A stretch of DNA of 64,000 nt from the NCBI GenBank assembly GCA_040878925.1, contig JBBDLI010000007.1, positions 23,410 through 87,409 of the forward strand, read 5' to 3'. The notes below the pieces were generated by a model. That model worked only from the letters and a program-made list of their open reading frames with translations, did no database searches and had not been told where the DNA came from. Position 1 is the first letter of the stretch; every line of letters starts with the position of its first letter. The position numbers and the translations under genes are program-made. This DNA is from Steroidobacteraceae bacterium (lineage in GTDB: Bacteria > Pseudomonadota > Gammaproteobacteria > Steroidobacterales > Steroidobacteraceae). Shown here piece by piece: positions 1 to 9,115 of this stretch.

Positions 1-755
1 TGCAAGGTGTCCGCGCCGAAGTGCCGCTTCGCGACCCAGCCGATGGTCTGCAGGTCGCGAAGACCGCCCGGCCCCTGCTTGACGTTCGGCTCGAGGTTGT
101 GCGCGGTGTCGTGAAAGCGATGGTGGCGCTCCGCCTGCTCGCGGAGCTTGGCGTCGAAGAAATCGTGCGACGACCACAGGCGGTCGGGCGCGAGCGCGCG
201 GCGCATCGCGGCGAACAGCGCCGGCGGGCCGGCAAGGAGCCGCGCCTCGAACAGGGTCGTCGCGACTCCGATGTCAGCGAGCGCCTCGCGCTGGCACTCG
301 TCGATCGTGCGGACGCTGTGGCCGGTTTCGAGGCCGATGTCCCAGAGGAATCTCAGGAATCGTTCGAGCGGGGCAGTCCAGGCGGGCTCTTCGGCCTGTG
401 GCAGGAGCACCATCACGTCCACGTCGGAGCAGGGCAGGAGCTCGCCGCGGCCGTAGCCGCCGACCGCAACCAGAGCCAATGCCGACGAGGCCGCGCCGGC
501 ATGCAGGACCCAGGCGCGCGTGACGAGCGCATCGACGAGCGACGCGCGATCACGTACCAGCATTTCGACCGGTTCCTCGGCGTGGAACCGGCGCGCGAGA
601 TCGCGATCGCCTTCGGTGAGCAGCGCGCGGAAATCCTGGACGGGATTCGCGCAGGCCGCGAGACGTGATTGCAGGGAATCGAGGAACTGCCAGCGCGGCC
701 CGGCAGCGGCGGCAGTGGCCGGGCCTTCGCTCGCCTTGCCGATGCCGGCAGGCAC
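1..755 (-). CDS. glnD: [protein-PII] uridylyltransferase GlnD, N-terminal part (3' end lies beyond the left window edge)
   Basis: The reverse-complement translation reads ...[26 protein letters not shown]...[25 protein letters not shown]..., which carries the nucleotidyltransferase and HD-proximal GlnD signatures. It lies directly downstream of map, as in E. coli. The GTG start at 755 is a guess. It is absent from the ORF track because no stop codon falls inside the window. Confidence 0.85.
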   Translation of the reverse strand, partial: MPAGIGKASEGPATAAAAGPRWQFLDSLQSRLAACANPVQDFRALLTEGDRDLARRFHAEEPVEMLVRDRASLVDALVTRAWVLHAGAASSALALVAVGGYGRGELLPCSDVDVMVLLPQAEEPAWTAPLERFLRFLWDIGLETGHSVRTIDECQREALADIGVATTLFEARLLAGPPALFAAMRRALAPDRLWSSHDFFDAKLREQAERHHRFHDTAHNLEPNVKQGPGGLRDLQTIGWVAKRHFGADTL

Positions 756-758
756 CGA

Positions 759-1550
759 TCAGGCCGCGGCGCGATCGGCCGCGCCGAGTGTCAACACTTC
801 GTAGCCGGCGGCTGTCACGAGCACAGTGTGCTCCCACTGGGCCGACAGCGAATGGTCCTTGGTGACGACGGTCCAGCCGTCGCCGAGCAGTTTCACGTGG
901 CGGCGGCCCGCATTGACCATGGGCTCGACGGTGAATGTCATGCCCGCCGCGATTTCGAGTCCCGTTCCCGCTTCGCCGTAGTGCAGAACCTGCGGGTCCT
1001 CGTGGAATACGCGGCCGATGCCGTGGCCGCAGTACTCGCGCACGACCGAATAACCCTGGGATTCCACGAACTGCTGAATCGTGTGGCCGAGGTCCCCGAG
1101 CCGGCGGCCCGGCGCGACGATACGTATGCCACGCCACATGGCCTCGCGCGCGACATCGCAGAGCCGGCGCGCCTGAATCGAGGGTTCGCCCACCGTGAAC
1201 ATCCGGCTGGTGTCGCCGTGAAACCCGTCTTTGATCACGGTGACATCCACATTGACGATGTCGCCCGTCCGCATGACGCGATCCCCGGGAATGCCGTGGC
1301 AGACGACGTGGTTGACGGACGTGCAGATCGATTTCGGAAACCCCTTGTAATTCAAGGGGGCAGGGACCGCTTTTTGAGTATGAACGATGTAGTCATGGCA
1401 GATCCGGTCGAGTTCGCCGGTGGTGACGCCGGCCACGATCTGCGGCGCGATCATGTCCAGGACGTCCGCGGCCAGGCGGCCGGCGACCCGCATCGCCTGC
1501 TGTTCGGCCGGCGATTTGAGGGAAACCCGGGTCTGGCTCTGCATCAACAT
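759..1550 (-). CDS. map: methionine aminopeptidase type I
   Basis: The 263-aa ORF carries Map motifs ([35 protein letters not shown]). It is divergent from rpsB, as in enterics. Confidence 0.95.
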   Translation of the reverse strand: MLMQSQTRVSLKSPAEQQAMRVAGRLAADVLDMIAPQIVAGVTTGELDRICHDYIVHTQKAVPAPLNYKGFPKSICTSVNHVVCHGIPGDRVMRTGDIVNVDVTVIKDGFHGDTSRMFTVGEPSIQARRLCDVAREAMWRGIRIVAPGRRLGDLGHTIQQFVESQGYSVVREYCGHGIGRVFHEDPQVLHYGEAGTGLEIAAGMTFTVEPMVNAGRRHVKLLGDGWTVVTKDHSLSAQWEHTVLVTAAGYEVLTLGAADRAAA

Positions 1551-1590
1551 GGTTCACGCCCGCCGATGGCGCCGGAATGCGCCTATCACG

Positions 1591-1619
1591 TTGTTTCGAT
1601 GGGACAAAGATGGTATAAA
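1591..1619 (+). promoter_or_regulatory. putative sigma-70 promoter of rpsB-tsf
   Basis: TTGTTT (1591-1596) is followed by a 17-nt spacer and then TGGTATAAA, an extended -10 with TATAAA at 1614-1619. This would leave a leader of about 115 nt before the rpsB ATG at 1740. Confidence 0.5.
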
Positions 1620-1739
1620 GCGCGGCGTTTTTTCTCAACCAAATCCACACGCGAATCGTCACGTGCGGCTGGGTGCCGGGTCCGGAAGACCGGTTGCCGC
1701 ATGCGGATCCGCGGAGGGCTAACCCGAAAAGGAGTGATC

Positions 1740-2726
1740 ATGGCCAGTCTGTCCATGAGGCAGATGCTTGAGGCGGGGGTTCATTTCGGTCATCAGACCC
1801 GCTTCTGGAACCCGAAGATGGCGCCATTCATCTTCGGCGAACGCAACAAGATTCACATCATCAATCTGGAGCGGACGCTTCCGCTCTATAACGACGCGGC
1901 CGGCTTCGTGAAAGGCGTGGTTGCCGACGGCGGCAAGGTGCTGTTCGTCGGCACGAAGCGGAGCGCCCGCGACGCCATCCAGGCCGAAGCGGCCCGCTGC
2001 GGCATGCCTTACGTCAACCAGCGTTGGCTCGGCGGGATGCTCACCAATTTCAAGACCATCCGGCAGTCGATCAAGCGGCTGCAGGAGCTCGAGGAACTGC
2101 GGGAATCCGGCGCCCTGGATCGTCGCAACAAGAAGGAAGCGCAGACGCTCCGCCGCGAGATGGACAAGCTCATGCGGAGCCTCGGCGGCATCAAGGACAT
2201 GAACGCGCTGCCCGACGCCCTGTTCGTCGTCGACGTCGGCCACGAGGAAATCGCGGTACACGAGGCGCAGAAGCTCGGCATACCGTTGGTCGCGATCGTG
2301 GACAGCAATTGCAGCCCGGACCGGATCGACTATGTCATTCCCGGCAATGACGACGCCATGAAGGCGATCCAGCTCTATGCGGCCGGTATCGCCGACGCGG
2401 TGCTGGACGGCAAGGCGGCCGTGCCCGCGGTGCCCGCGGGCGAGGACGAATTCGTCGAGCTCGACGAACAAGGCCAGCCGCGCCGCAAGTCGGCAGCCCG
2501 TGCGTCGCGCAAGCCCGTGAACGTGCGGCGCAAGGCGCCGGCGCGCACGCGCCAGACGGCGGAGACGGCGTCCGCGGCGACGATGCCGCCGGTGGGCGCG
2601 CCTGAAGTCGTCGCGGAAGTCCCCGACGATGAACCGGTCGTCGACGAAATAACGGAAGCCGCTCCCGTCAAGCCGGCCGTCCGACGCCGTCCCACGGCGC
2701 GCAAGTCCGAGAAGAGCGGGTCCTGA
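1740..2726 (+). CDS. rpsB: 30S ribosomal protein S2 with a long low-complexity C-terminal extension
   Basis: The start [27 protein letters not shown] is preceded by AAAAGGAG. The track ORF 669..2726 is 5'-extended. The stop lies 2 nt before the tsf start. Confidence 0.95.
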   Translation: MASLSMRQMLEAGVHFGHQTRFWNPKMAPFIFGERNKIHIINLERTLPLYNDAAGFVKGVVADGGKVLFVGTKRSARDAIQAEAARCGMPYVNQRWLGGMLTNFKTIRQSIKRLQELEELRESGALDRRNKKEAQTLRREMDKLMRSLGGIKDMNALPDALFVVDVGHEEIAVHEAQKLGIPLVAIVDSNCSPDRIDYVIPGNDDAMKAIQLYAAGIADAVLDGKAAVPAVPAGEDEFVELDEQGQPRRKSAARASRKPVNVRRKAPARTRQTAETASAATMPPVGAPEVVAEVPDDEPVVDEITEAAPVKPAVRRRPTARKSEKSGS

Positions 2727-2728
2727 CG

Positions 2729-3625
2729 ATGGGCATCAGCGCCGAAACCGTCAAGACACTGCGCGAGCGCACGGGCGCCGGCATGATGGAGTGCAAGAAG
2801 GCGCTCATCGAAACCGGCGGTGATCTCGACGCGGCGGCGGAAATCATGCGCAAGTCCGGCCTGGCGAAGGCGGACAAGAAGGCGGCCCGCATCGCGGCCG
2901 AAGGCGCGCTTGCGATCGCGAGAAGCGAGGACGGCCGGGGCGCGGTGCTGGTCGAAGTCAATTGCGAGACGGATTTCGTCGCGCGTCAGCCCGAGTTCCA
3001 GTCGTTCGCGGCGAAGGTCGCCGCGGCGGCGCTCCGGGCCTCCGCCAGCGATCCGGACGCGATTGCCGCGTTGCCGCTCGAGGGCGGCAAGTCGGTCGAG
3101 GAGACGCGCCGCGAGCTGATCGCCCGCATCGGCGAGAAGATCACCGTGCGGCGTGTCGGGCGCCTCGCCGCGCCGACCGCGATGGGAAGTTACGTGCACG
3201 GCATCCGCATCGGCACGCTCGTCAGCTTGAAGGGCGGCGACGAAACACTCGCGCGCGATCTCGCGATGCACGTCGCCGCCCGCAATCCGCAGTACGTGAC
3301 ACCCGCCGACGTCCCGCAGGCCGTGGTCGCCAAGGAGCGCGAAATTCTCGCGGCGCAGGCTGCGGCCGAGGGCAAGGCGGCGGCGATTGTCGAGAAGATG
3401 GTCGAGGGCCGGTTGCGCAAGTACCTGGCCGAGATCTGCCTCACTGGCCAGCCATTCGTGAAGGATCCGGATACGACGGTCGGGCAGCTACTCGAGAAGT
3501 CGAAGGCTTCGGTCAGCGGCTTCCTGCGCTTCGAGGTCGGCGAGGGCATCGAGAAGAAAACGGAGAATTTCGCCGCCGAAGTCATGGCGCAGATCGAGGC
3601 CGCCAAGGATAAGGACAAGACCTAA
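2729..3625 (+). CDS. tsf: elongation factor Ts
   Basis: MGISAETVKTLRERTGAGMMECKKAL... is a typical EF-Ts N-terminus. The gene follows rpsB. Confidence 0.97.
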   Translation: MGISAETVKTLRERTGAGMMECKKALIETGGDLDAAAEIMRKSGLAKADKKAARIAAEGALAIARSEDGRGAVLVEVNCETDFVARQPEFQSFAAKVAAAALRASASDPDAIAALPLEGGKSVEETRRELIARIGEKITVRRVGRLAAPTAMGSYVHGIRIGTLVSLKGGDETLARDLAMHVAARNPQYVTPADVPQAVVAKEREILAAQAAAEGKAAAIVEKMVEGRLRKYLAEICLTGQPFVKDPDTTVGQLLEKSKASVSGFLRFEVGEGIEKKTENFAAEVMAQIEAAKDKDKT

Positions 3626-3656
3626 GATGGCGCCAAGTTGGCGAAAGGGGTAGGGC

Positions 3657-4391
3657 ATGGCCGATACGCAGGCCCGGCAGCCGCTCACGAGGATCCTGCT
3701 CAAGATCAGCGGCGAGGCGCTCCTCGGCTCTGCTGACTACGGCATCGACCCGGCGATCCTGAAGCGCATCGCGGGCGAGATCCGGGACGTGCTGGCACGC
3801 GGCATCCAGGTCGCCGTCGTCATCGGCGGCGGTAACATATTCCGCGGCGCGGGTCTCGCGCGCGCCGGCATGGACCGCGTCACGGCCGATCACATGGGCA
3901 TGCTCGCGACCGTCATGAACGGCCTCGCGCTGCAGGACGCCCTCGAATCGCTCGGCAGCTTTGCGCGGGTCATGTCCGCGGTCCGCGTGCAGGAGGTCTG
4001 CGAGGACTACATCCGCCGCCGCGCCGTGCGCCACCTCGAGAAAGGCCGCTGCGTGATCTTCGCGGCCGGCACGGGCAACCCGTTCTTCACGACCGATACC
4101 GCGGCGGCGCTCCGCTCGATCGAGATCGGCGCCGACCTCCTGCTCAAGGCGACCAAGGTCAACGGCATCTACAACGACGACCCGGTGCGCAACCCGAAGG
4201 CGGAGCGCTATCGCACGCTGTCCTTTGACAAGGTGCTGGACGACCGGCTCGGGGTCATGGACGCGACCGCGATCGTCATGTGCCGGGACAATGCCTTGCC
4301 GCTCCGGGTCTTCAACCTGATGAATGAGGGCGACCTGCTGCGCATCGTCGACGGCGAAGACGTCGGCACGCTGGTCGCGAACGGGCTGTAG
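3657..4391 (+). CDS. pyrH: UMP kinase
   Basis: [10 protein letters not shown]...[11 protein letters not shown]...[11 protein letters not shown] are PyrH motifs. Confidence 0.95.
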   Translation: MADTQARQPLTRILLKISGEALLGSADYGIDPAILKRIAGEIRDVLARGIQVAVVIGGGNIFRGAGLARAGMDRVTADHMGMLATVMNGLALQDALESLGSFARVMSAVRVQEVCEDYIRRRAVRHLEKGRCVIFAAGTGNPFFTTDTAAALRSIEIGADLLLKATKVNGIYNDDPVRNPKAERYRTLSFDKVLDDRLGVMDATAIVMCRDNALPLRVFNLMNEGDLLRIVDGEDVGTLVANGL

Positions 4392-4412
4392 GCGGCGAGC
4401 GAGGACGCAGTC

Positions 4413-4970
4413 ATGCAGGATCAGATGAGTAAGGACGCGACGCAGCGCATGTCGAAATGCGTGGCGCTGCTCAAGGATCACTACCGGAAGATGCGGACGG
4501 GCCGCGCCAACACCGGCCTGCTCGAGGGCATCAAGGTCGACTACTACGGCAGCGAAGTGCCGCTCAACCAGGTGGCGACCATCAATGTCGAAGACTCGAG
4601 AACCCTGGTCGTTTCCCCCTGGGACAAGTCCGCGGTGAGCGCCGTCGAGAAGGCGATCATGAAATCCGACCTCGGGCTGACGCCGAACACGGCGGGGCAG
4701 GTCATCCGGTTGCCGCTGCCGCCGATGACCGAGGAGCGGCGCAAGGAACTCACCAAGGTCGCGCGCCACGAGGCCGAGAACGCGCGAGTCGCCGTGCGCG
4801 CGGTGCGCCGCGACCTGATGAACGAGCTGAAGGACATGCTGAAGGAAAAGCTGATCTCCGAGGATGACGACCGGCGCGTTCAGGACGAGATCCAGAAGCT
4901 CACCGACCGGCACGTGCACGACATCGACGCCGTGCTCGCCGAGAAAGAGAAAGAGTTGTTGCAGGTCTGA
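4413..4970 (+). CDS. frr: ribosome recycling factor
   Basis: The 185-aa protein reads [30 protein letters not shown]. Its N-terminal spacing matches E. coli Frr. Confidence 0.95.
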   Translation: MQDQMSKDATQRMSKCVALLKDHYRKMRTGRANTGLLEGIKVDYYGSEVPLNQVATINVEDSRTLVVSPWDKSAVSAVEKAIMKSDLGLTPNTAGQVIRLPLPPMTEERRKELTKVARHEAENARVAVRAVRRDLMNELKDMLKEKLISEDDDRRVQDEIQKLTDRHVHDIDAVLAEKEKELLQV

Positions 4971-4971
4971 G

Positions 4972-5724
4972 ATGGCTGTCCCAGCTACTCAACCGGCGGG
5001 CGCCGGCCCGGTGCCGCGCCACGTCGCCGTGATCATGGACGGCAACGGGCGGTGGGCGGAGCAGCGATCACTGCCGCGCGCGGCCGGCCATCGCGCAGGC
5101 GCGAAAGCCGTGCGCACGGCCATCGAAGAGTCCGCGCGCCACGGTGTCGCCGCACTGACGCTCTTCGCATTCTCGAGCGAGAACTGGCAGCGCCCGCCCG
5201 CCGAAGTCGGCGTGCTGATGCAGCTCTTTCTCGAGTCGCTCGATCGCGAAGTTGCGGAGCTCGACGCTAACGGCGTGCGGATTCGCTTCATCGGCGACCG
5301 CTCGCGGCTTGCTGCAGCGCTCACCGATCGCATGGCCGCGGCCGAGGAACGCACCGCCGGGCGCGACCGCCTCGATCTCGTCGTCGCGGTCGCTTATGGC
5401 GGCCGATGGGACCTGGCCCAGGCCGCGAGGCGGCTCGCGGATGAGGTCGTTGCCGGCATCCGCGAATCGTCCCGGATCGACGAAGACTCGCTCGGCGCCT
5501 GCCTCGCAACCGCGGGGCGCCCGCCGCCGGATCTGTTCATTCGCACCGGCGGCGAGCGCCGCATCAGCAATTTCCTGCTCTGGGATCTGGCCTATACCGA
5601 GCTCTGGTTTACCGACACCCTGTGGCCCGATTTCGACGCGGCCTGCTATGCCGCGGCGCTGGAAGACTACAGCGTGCGCCATCGTCGTTTCGGCCGGGTC
5701 GCGAGCCAGGCGGGCGGCAACTGA
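4972..5724 (+). CDS. uppS: undecaprenyl diphosphate synthase
   Basis: The protein begins at an internal ATG of track ORF 4864..5724. PRHVAVIMDGNGRWA...LTLFAFSSENWQRP...RTGGERRISNFLLW are UppS motifs. Confidence 0.93.
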   Translation: MAVPATQPAGAGPVPRHVAVIMDGNGRWAEQRSLPRAAGHRAGAKAVRTAIEESARHGVAALTLFAFSSENWQRPPAEVGVLMQLFLESLDREVAELDANGVRIRFIGDRSRLAAALTDRMAAAEERTAGRDRLDLVVAVAYGGRWDLAQAARRLADEVVAGIRESSRIDEDSLGACLATAGRPPPDLFIRTGGERRISNFLLWDLAYTELWFTDTLWPDFDAACYAAALEDYSVRHRRFGRVASQAGGN

Positions 5725-6527
5725 TGCTCGGGCAACGCATTCTGACCGCGCTCGGCCTCGTGGTCGTGCTCGCGCTCGTGTTGATCGTCCTGCCGGAACG
5801 AGTCGCGGTAGCGGCGCTCGGCCTGCTGATCCTCGTCGGCGCCTGGGAATGGACGCTGCTCGCCGGCCTGCAGGGACCCATCACGCGCGCGCTCTATGTC
5901 GCGACCTGCGCTGCCGCCATGCTTGCCCTGTGGCACGCGACCGAGTTGCCCGCGGATTTCGAGCGGGCGATGCTGCTGACGATGCTGGGCTGGGTGCCGC
6001 TCTTCGGGTGGATCGTTTTCGCGCCGGAGCGCAAGGCGGCCTGGCTCGCAGCCATCGCGGGAATCTGGGCTCTCGTGCCGACCTGGCTCGCCCTGTCGCG
6101 GCTCTACCTGCAGGATGGCAATGGCCGCGAACTCGTCGTCTTCGTGCTCCTGCTCGCCTGGGCGGCGGACATCGGCGCGTATTTCGCCGGCCGGCGCTTC
6201 GGCCGCTTTCGCCTCGCCCCGTTCGTCAGCCCGAACAAGACCTGGGAAGGGGTGCTCGGCGGGCTCGTCGCGGGTTTCCTGGTCGCCCTCGCGGCCCGCG
6301 CCTGGTTTGAGCTGCCGGCGCTTGCCTTTCTGTCGCTTTGCGTTGCCGCCGTCCTCGTCTCCGTCGTGGGCGACCTGCTCGAAAGCATGTTCAAGCGCCA
6401 GCGCGGGCTCAAGGACAGCGGCAGCCTCCTGCCCGGACACGGCGGCATGCTCGATCGCATCGACAGCCTGACGTCGTCCGTGCCGCTGCTCGCGCTCGGG
6501 CTCGGATGGCTGGGGCTGGTCGCATGA
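5724..6527 (+). CDS. cdsA: phosphatidate cytidylyltransferase
   Basis: ATG 5724 overlaps the uppS TGA. The protein is multi-TM and carries the C-terminal CdsA signature SMFKRQRGLKDSGSLLPGHGGMLDRIDS. Confidence 0.9.
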   Translation: MLGQRILTALGLVVVLALVLIVLPERVAVAALGLLILVGAWEWTLLAGLQGPITRALYVATCAAAMLALWHATELPADFERAMLLTMLGWVPLFGWIVFAPERKAAWLAAIAGIWALVPTWLALSRLYLQDGNGRELVVFVLLLAWAADIGAYFAGRRFGRFRLAPFVSPNKTWEGVLGGLVAGFLVALAARAWFELPALAFLSLCVAAVLVSVVGDLLESMFKRQRGLKDSGSLLPGHGGMLDRIDSLTSSVPLLALGLGWLGLVA

Positions 6528-7714
6528 AGGGCCTGGTCGTACTCGGTTCGACGGGAACCATCGGCGAGAAAACCCTGGACGTCGCGGGCCGTCATCCCGA
6601 TCGATTCCACATCGTCGCGCTCGCTGCGCATTCGAATCACGAGGCGCTCTTCGCGCAATGCGAGCGCTTCAGGCCCGAGTGCGCGGCGCTTGTGGATCAC
6701 GCGGCCGCGGCTAAGCTCGCCGCGCGCGTCGCCGCGGCCGGTCTCGGCACGCGCGTGCTTGCGGGCGCCGAATCGCTCGCGACGGTGGCGTCGCTGCCGC
6801 AAGCGGAGCTGGTGATGGCGGCAATCGTGGGCGCCGCCGGGCTTGCGCCTACGCTCGCCGCCGCCGAAGCGGGCAAGCAACTCCTGCTCGCGAACAAGGA
6901 GTCGCTCGTCCTCGCGGGTGAACTGCTCCTCGATGCCGCACGCACATCCGGCGCGCGGATCCTGCCGATCGACAGCGAGCACAACGCGATCTTCCAATGC
7001 CTGCCGCCGCGGCGGGACCCGAAAGGCGCGCCGCCGGGTGTCGCGCGGGTCGTGCTGACCGCCTCGGGCGGTCCGTTCCTGAAGACCCGCCGCGAGGACC
7101 TCGCCGCCGTGACGCCGGAACAGGCCGTCGCGCATCCGAACTGGCGCATGGGCCCGAAAATCTCGGTCGATTCGGCCACGCTGATGAACAAGGGCCTCGA
7201 GATCATCGAGGCCTGTCATCTGTTCGCCGTCAGGCCGGAGCGGGTCCGCGTGATCATCCATCCGCAGAGCATCGTGCACTCGCTCGTCGAGTTCGACGAC
7301 GGGTCGGTCATCGCGCAGATGAGCCAGCCGGACATGCGCGTGCCGATCGCGCACGCGCTCGGCTGGCCGGAGCGGATCGCGTCAGGGGCCCGCGCCCTCG
7401 ACCTCGTCCAGATTGCGAGGTTGTCGTTCGAAGCTCCTGATCTGGAAAGGTTTCCGTGCCTCGCCATCGCCGAGGAAGCGGCCCGCATCGGCGGCACGGC
7501 ACCCGCGGTGCTGAACGCGGCGAACGAGGTCGCCGTGGCTGCGTTTCTTGGCAGGCGGCTGAACTTTGCGAGCATCGCGGGAGTCATTGAGAGCGTGTTG
7601 CAACAGCACGAGGCGGGGCCGGTGCGAAGCTTGGACGATGCGCTCGCGGCGGACGCCTGGGCGCGCGAGCGCGCAGCCGCGGCACTTGAGTCGCGCCAGG
7701 CTGCCGGCGCATGA
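6524..7714 (+). CDS. dxr: 1-deoxy-D-xylulose 5-phosphate reductoisomerase
   Basis: The ATGA start overlaps the cdsA stop. MKGLVVLGSTGTIGEKTLDV...LANKESLV...DSEHNAIFQ are Dxr motifs. Confidence 0.95.
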   Translation: MKGLVVLGSTGTIGEKTLDVAGRHPDRFHIVALAAHSNHEALFAQCERFRPECAALVDHAAAAKLAARVAAAGLGTRVLAGAESLATVASLPQAELVMAAIVGAAGLAPTLAAAEAGKQLLLANKESLVLAGELLLDAARTSGARILPIDSEHNAIFQCLPPRRDPKGAPPGVARVVLTASGGPFLKTRREDLAAVTPEQAVAHPNWRMGPKISVDSATLMNKGLEIIEACHLFAVRPERVRVIIHPQSIVHSLVEFDDGSVIAQMSQPDMRVPIAHALGWPERIASGARALDLVQIARLSFEAPDLERFPCLAIAEEAARIGGTAPAVLNAANEVAVAAFLGRRLNFASIAGVIESVLQQHEAGPVRSLDDALAADAWARERAAAALESRQAAGA

Positions 7715-9093
7715 GCCTCGAAATCCTCATTTCCGTCGTCGCCTTCATCGTCGCGATCGGCGTCCTGGTCACGGTGCACGAGTTCGGTCATTTCTGGGTC
7801 GCCCGCCGGCTTGGATTCAAGGTGCTGCGTTTTTCCCTCGGCTTCGGCAAGCCGCTCGCGAAGCGCGTCAGCCGCGATGCCGACCAGGTCGAATACGTGC
7901 TCGCCGCGATACCGCTCGGCGGCTACGTGCGCCTGCTCGACGAGCGCGACGGCCCGGTGCCGGAGGGCGAGGAACATCGCGCCTTCAATCGCCGGCCGCC
8001 GCTCGCGCGCATTTCCGTGCTGTTCGCGGGGCCAGGGGCGAATTTCCTGTTCGCAATCCTCGCGTACTGGGTGTTGTTCATGCAGGGCGTGCCGGGACTG
8101 AAGCCGGTGATCGGCGAGGTGGCGCCGGAGTCGCACGCTGCCCGCGCAGATCTCCGCGCGCTCGACGAGATCGTCGCCGTCGGAGGCGAAGCAACCAGGA
8201 CGCGCCAGGCGGCGGCGCTCGCAATTCTGGAGCATCTGGTCGACGAGGATGGCGTGCCCGTCGAAGTGCGGAACGAGTCCGGCGGGACACGCAAGCTGAC
8301 GATCCGGGTTCCTGAAGGGGAGCGCAGGGCGCTGACCGAACCCGGCACCCTGCTGCGCGGCCTCGGATTCTCCTTCTGGTATCCGCCGCAACCGGTTGTC
8401 GTCGGCAGCCTGACACCGAACGAACCGGCGGCGCGCGCGGGGCTCGCGCTCGGCGACCGCATCGTGGACGTCGACGGGACGGCGGTCCCGGACTACATGA
8501 AATTCGTCGCCGAAATTCGCGCGCGGCCCGGGCGCCCGACCCGCGTGACCGCGATTCGCGACGGGCGGCCGCTGACATTCGACCTGGTGCCGAAGGCCGT
8601 CGTCGAGGATGGCCGGACGGTCGGCAAGATCGGTCTCGGCGCGGCGCTCGCCGAGGGGACTGTGTTTCCCGAGCGCATGCAGACGATCGAGCGCTACGGC
8701 CCGTTCGCCGCGATCGCGCCCGCCGCGCGCGAAACCTGGCAGAAGAGCGCGCTGACGGTACGTTTCCTCTGGCGCATGGTGACCGGCGACGTGTCGACGA
8801 AGAACATCTCCGGTCCCATCAACATCGCGCAGTACGCCGGGCTGACGGCGACCGAGGGATTCACCTACTATCTCGGTTTCCTGGCGCTGGTGTCGATCTC
8901 CCTCGCGGTGCTGAACCTGCTGCCGGTGCCGGTGCTGGACGGCGGCCAGATCGTCTTTCAGCTCGTGGAAATGGTGAAGGGCGCGCCGCTGTCGATGAAG
9001 GCGCAGGTGTTCGGGCAGAAGATCGGCATCGCGATGCTCGTCGCCCTGATGGGCTTCGCGTTCTACAACGACCTCACGCGGCTCTTCGGCTGA
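7711..9093 (+). CDS. rseP: RIP zinc metalloprotease RseP
   Basis: The protein has an HEFGHFWVAR zinc motif, PDZ-like middle region and a C-terminal LNLLPVPVLDGG motif. The ATGA start overlaps the dxr stop. Confidence 0.93.
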   Translation: MSLEILISVVAFIVAIGVLVTVHEFGHFWVARRLGFKVLRFSLGFGKPLAKRVSRDADQVEYVLAAIPLGGYVRLLDERDGPVPEGEEHRAFNRRPPLARISVLFAGPGANFLFAILAYWVLFMQGVPGLKPVIGEVAPESHAARADLRALDEIVAVGGEATRTRQAAALAILEHLVDEDGVPVEVRNESGGTRKLTIRVPEGERRALTEPGTLLRGLGFSFWYPPQPVVVGSLTPNEPAARAGLALGDRIVDVDGTAVPDYMKFVAEIRARPGRPTRVTAIRDGRPLTFDLVPKAVVEDGRTVGKIGLGAALAEGTVFPERMQTIERYGPFAAIAPAARETWQKSALTVRFLWRMVTGDVSTKNISGPINIAQYAGLTATEGFTYYLGFLALVSISLAVLNLLPVPVLDGGQIVFQLVEMVKGAPLSMKAQVFGQKIGIAMLVALMGFAFYNDLTRLFG

Positions 9094-9115
9094 AGTCGCA
9101 GGGGAATCCGGCAAT

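Noticed and set aside
21-668. The + strand 215-aa ORF at the left edge.
   Set aside because: The opposite strand translates into a textbook GlnD N-terminus ([25 protein letters not shown]). The + strand ORF is its antisense shadow.
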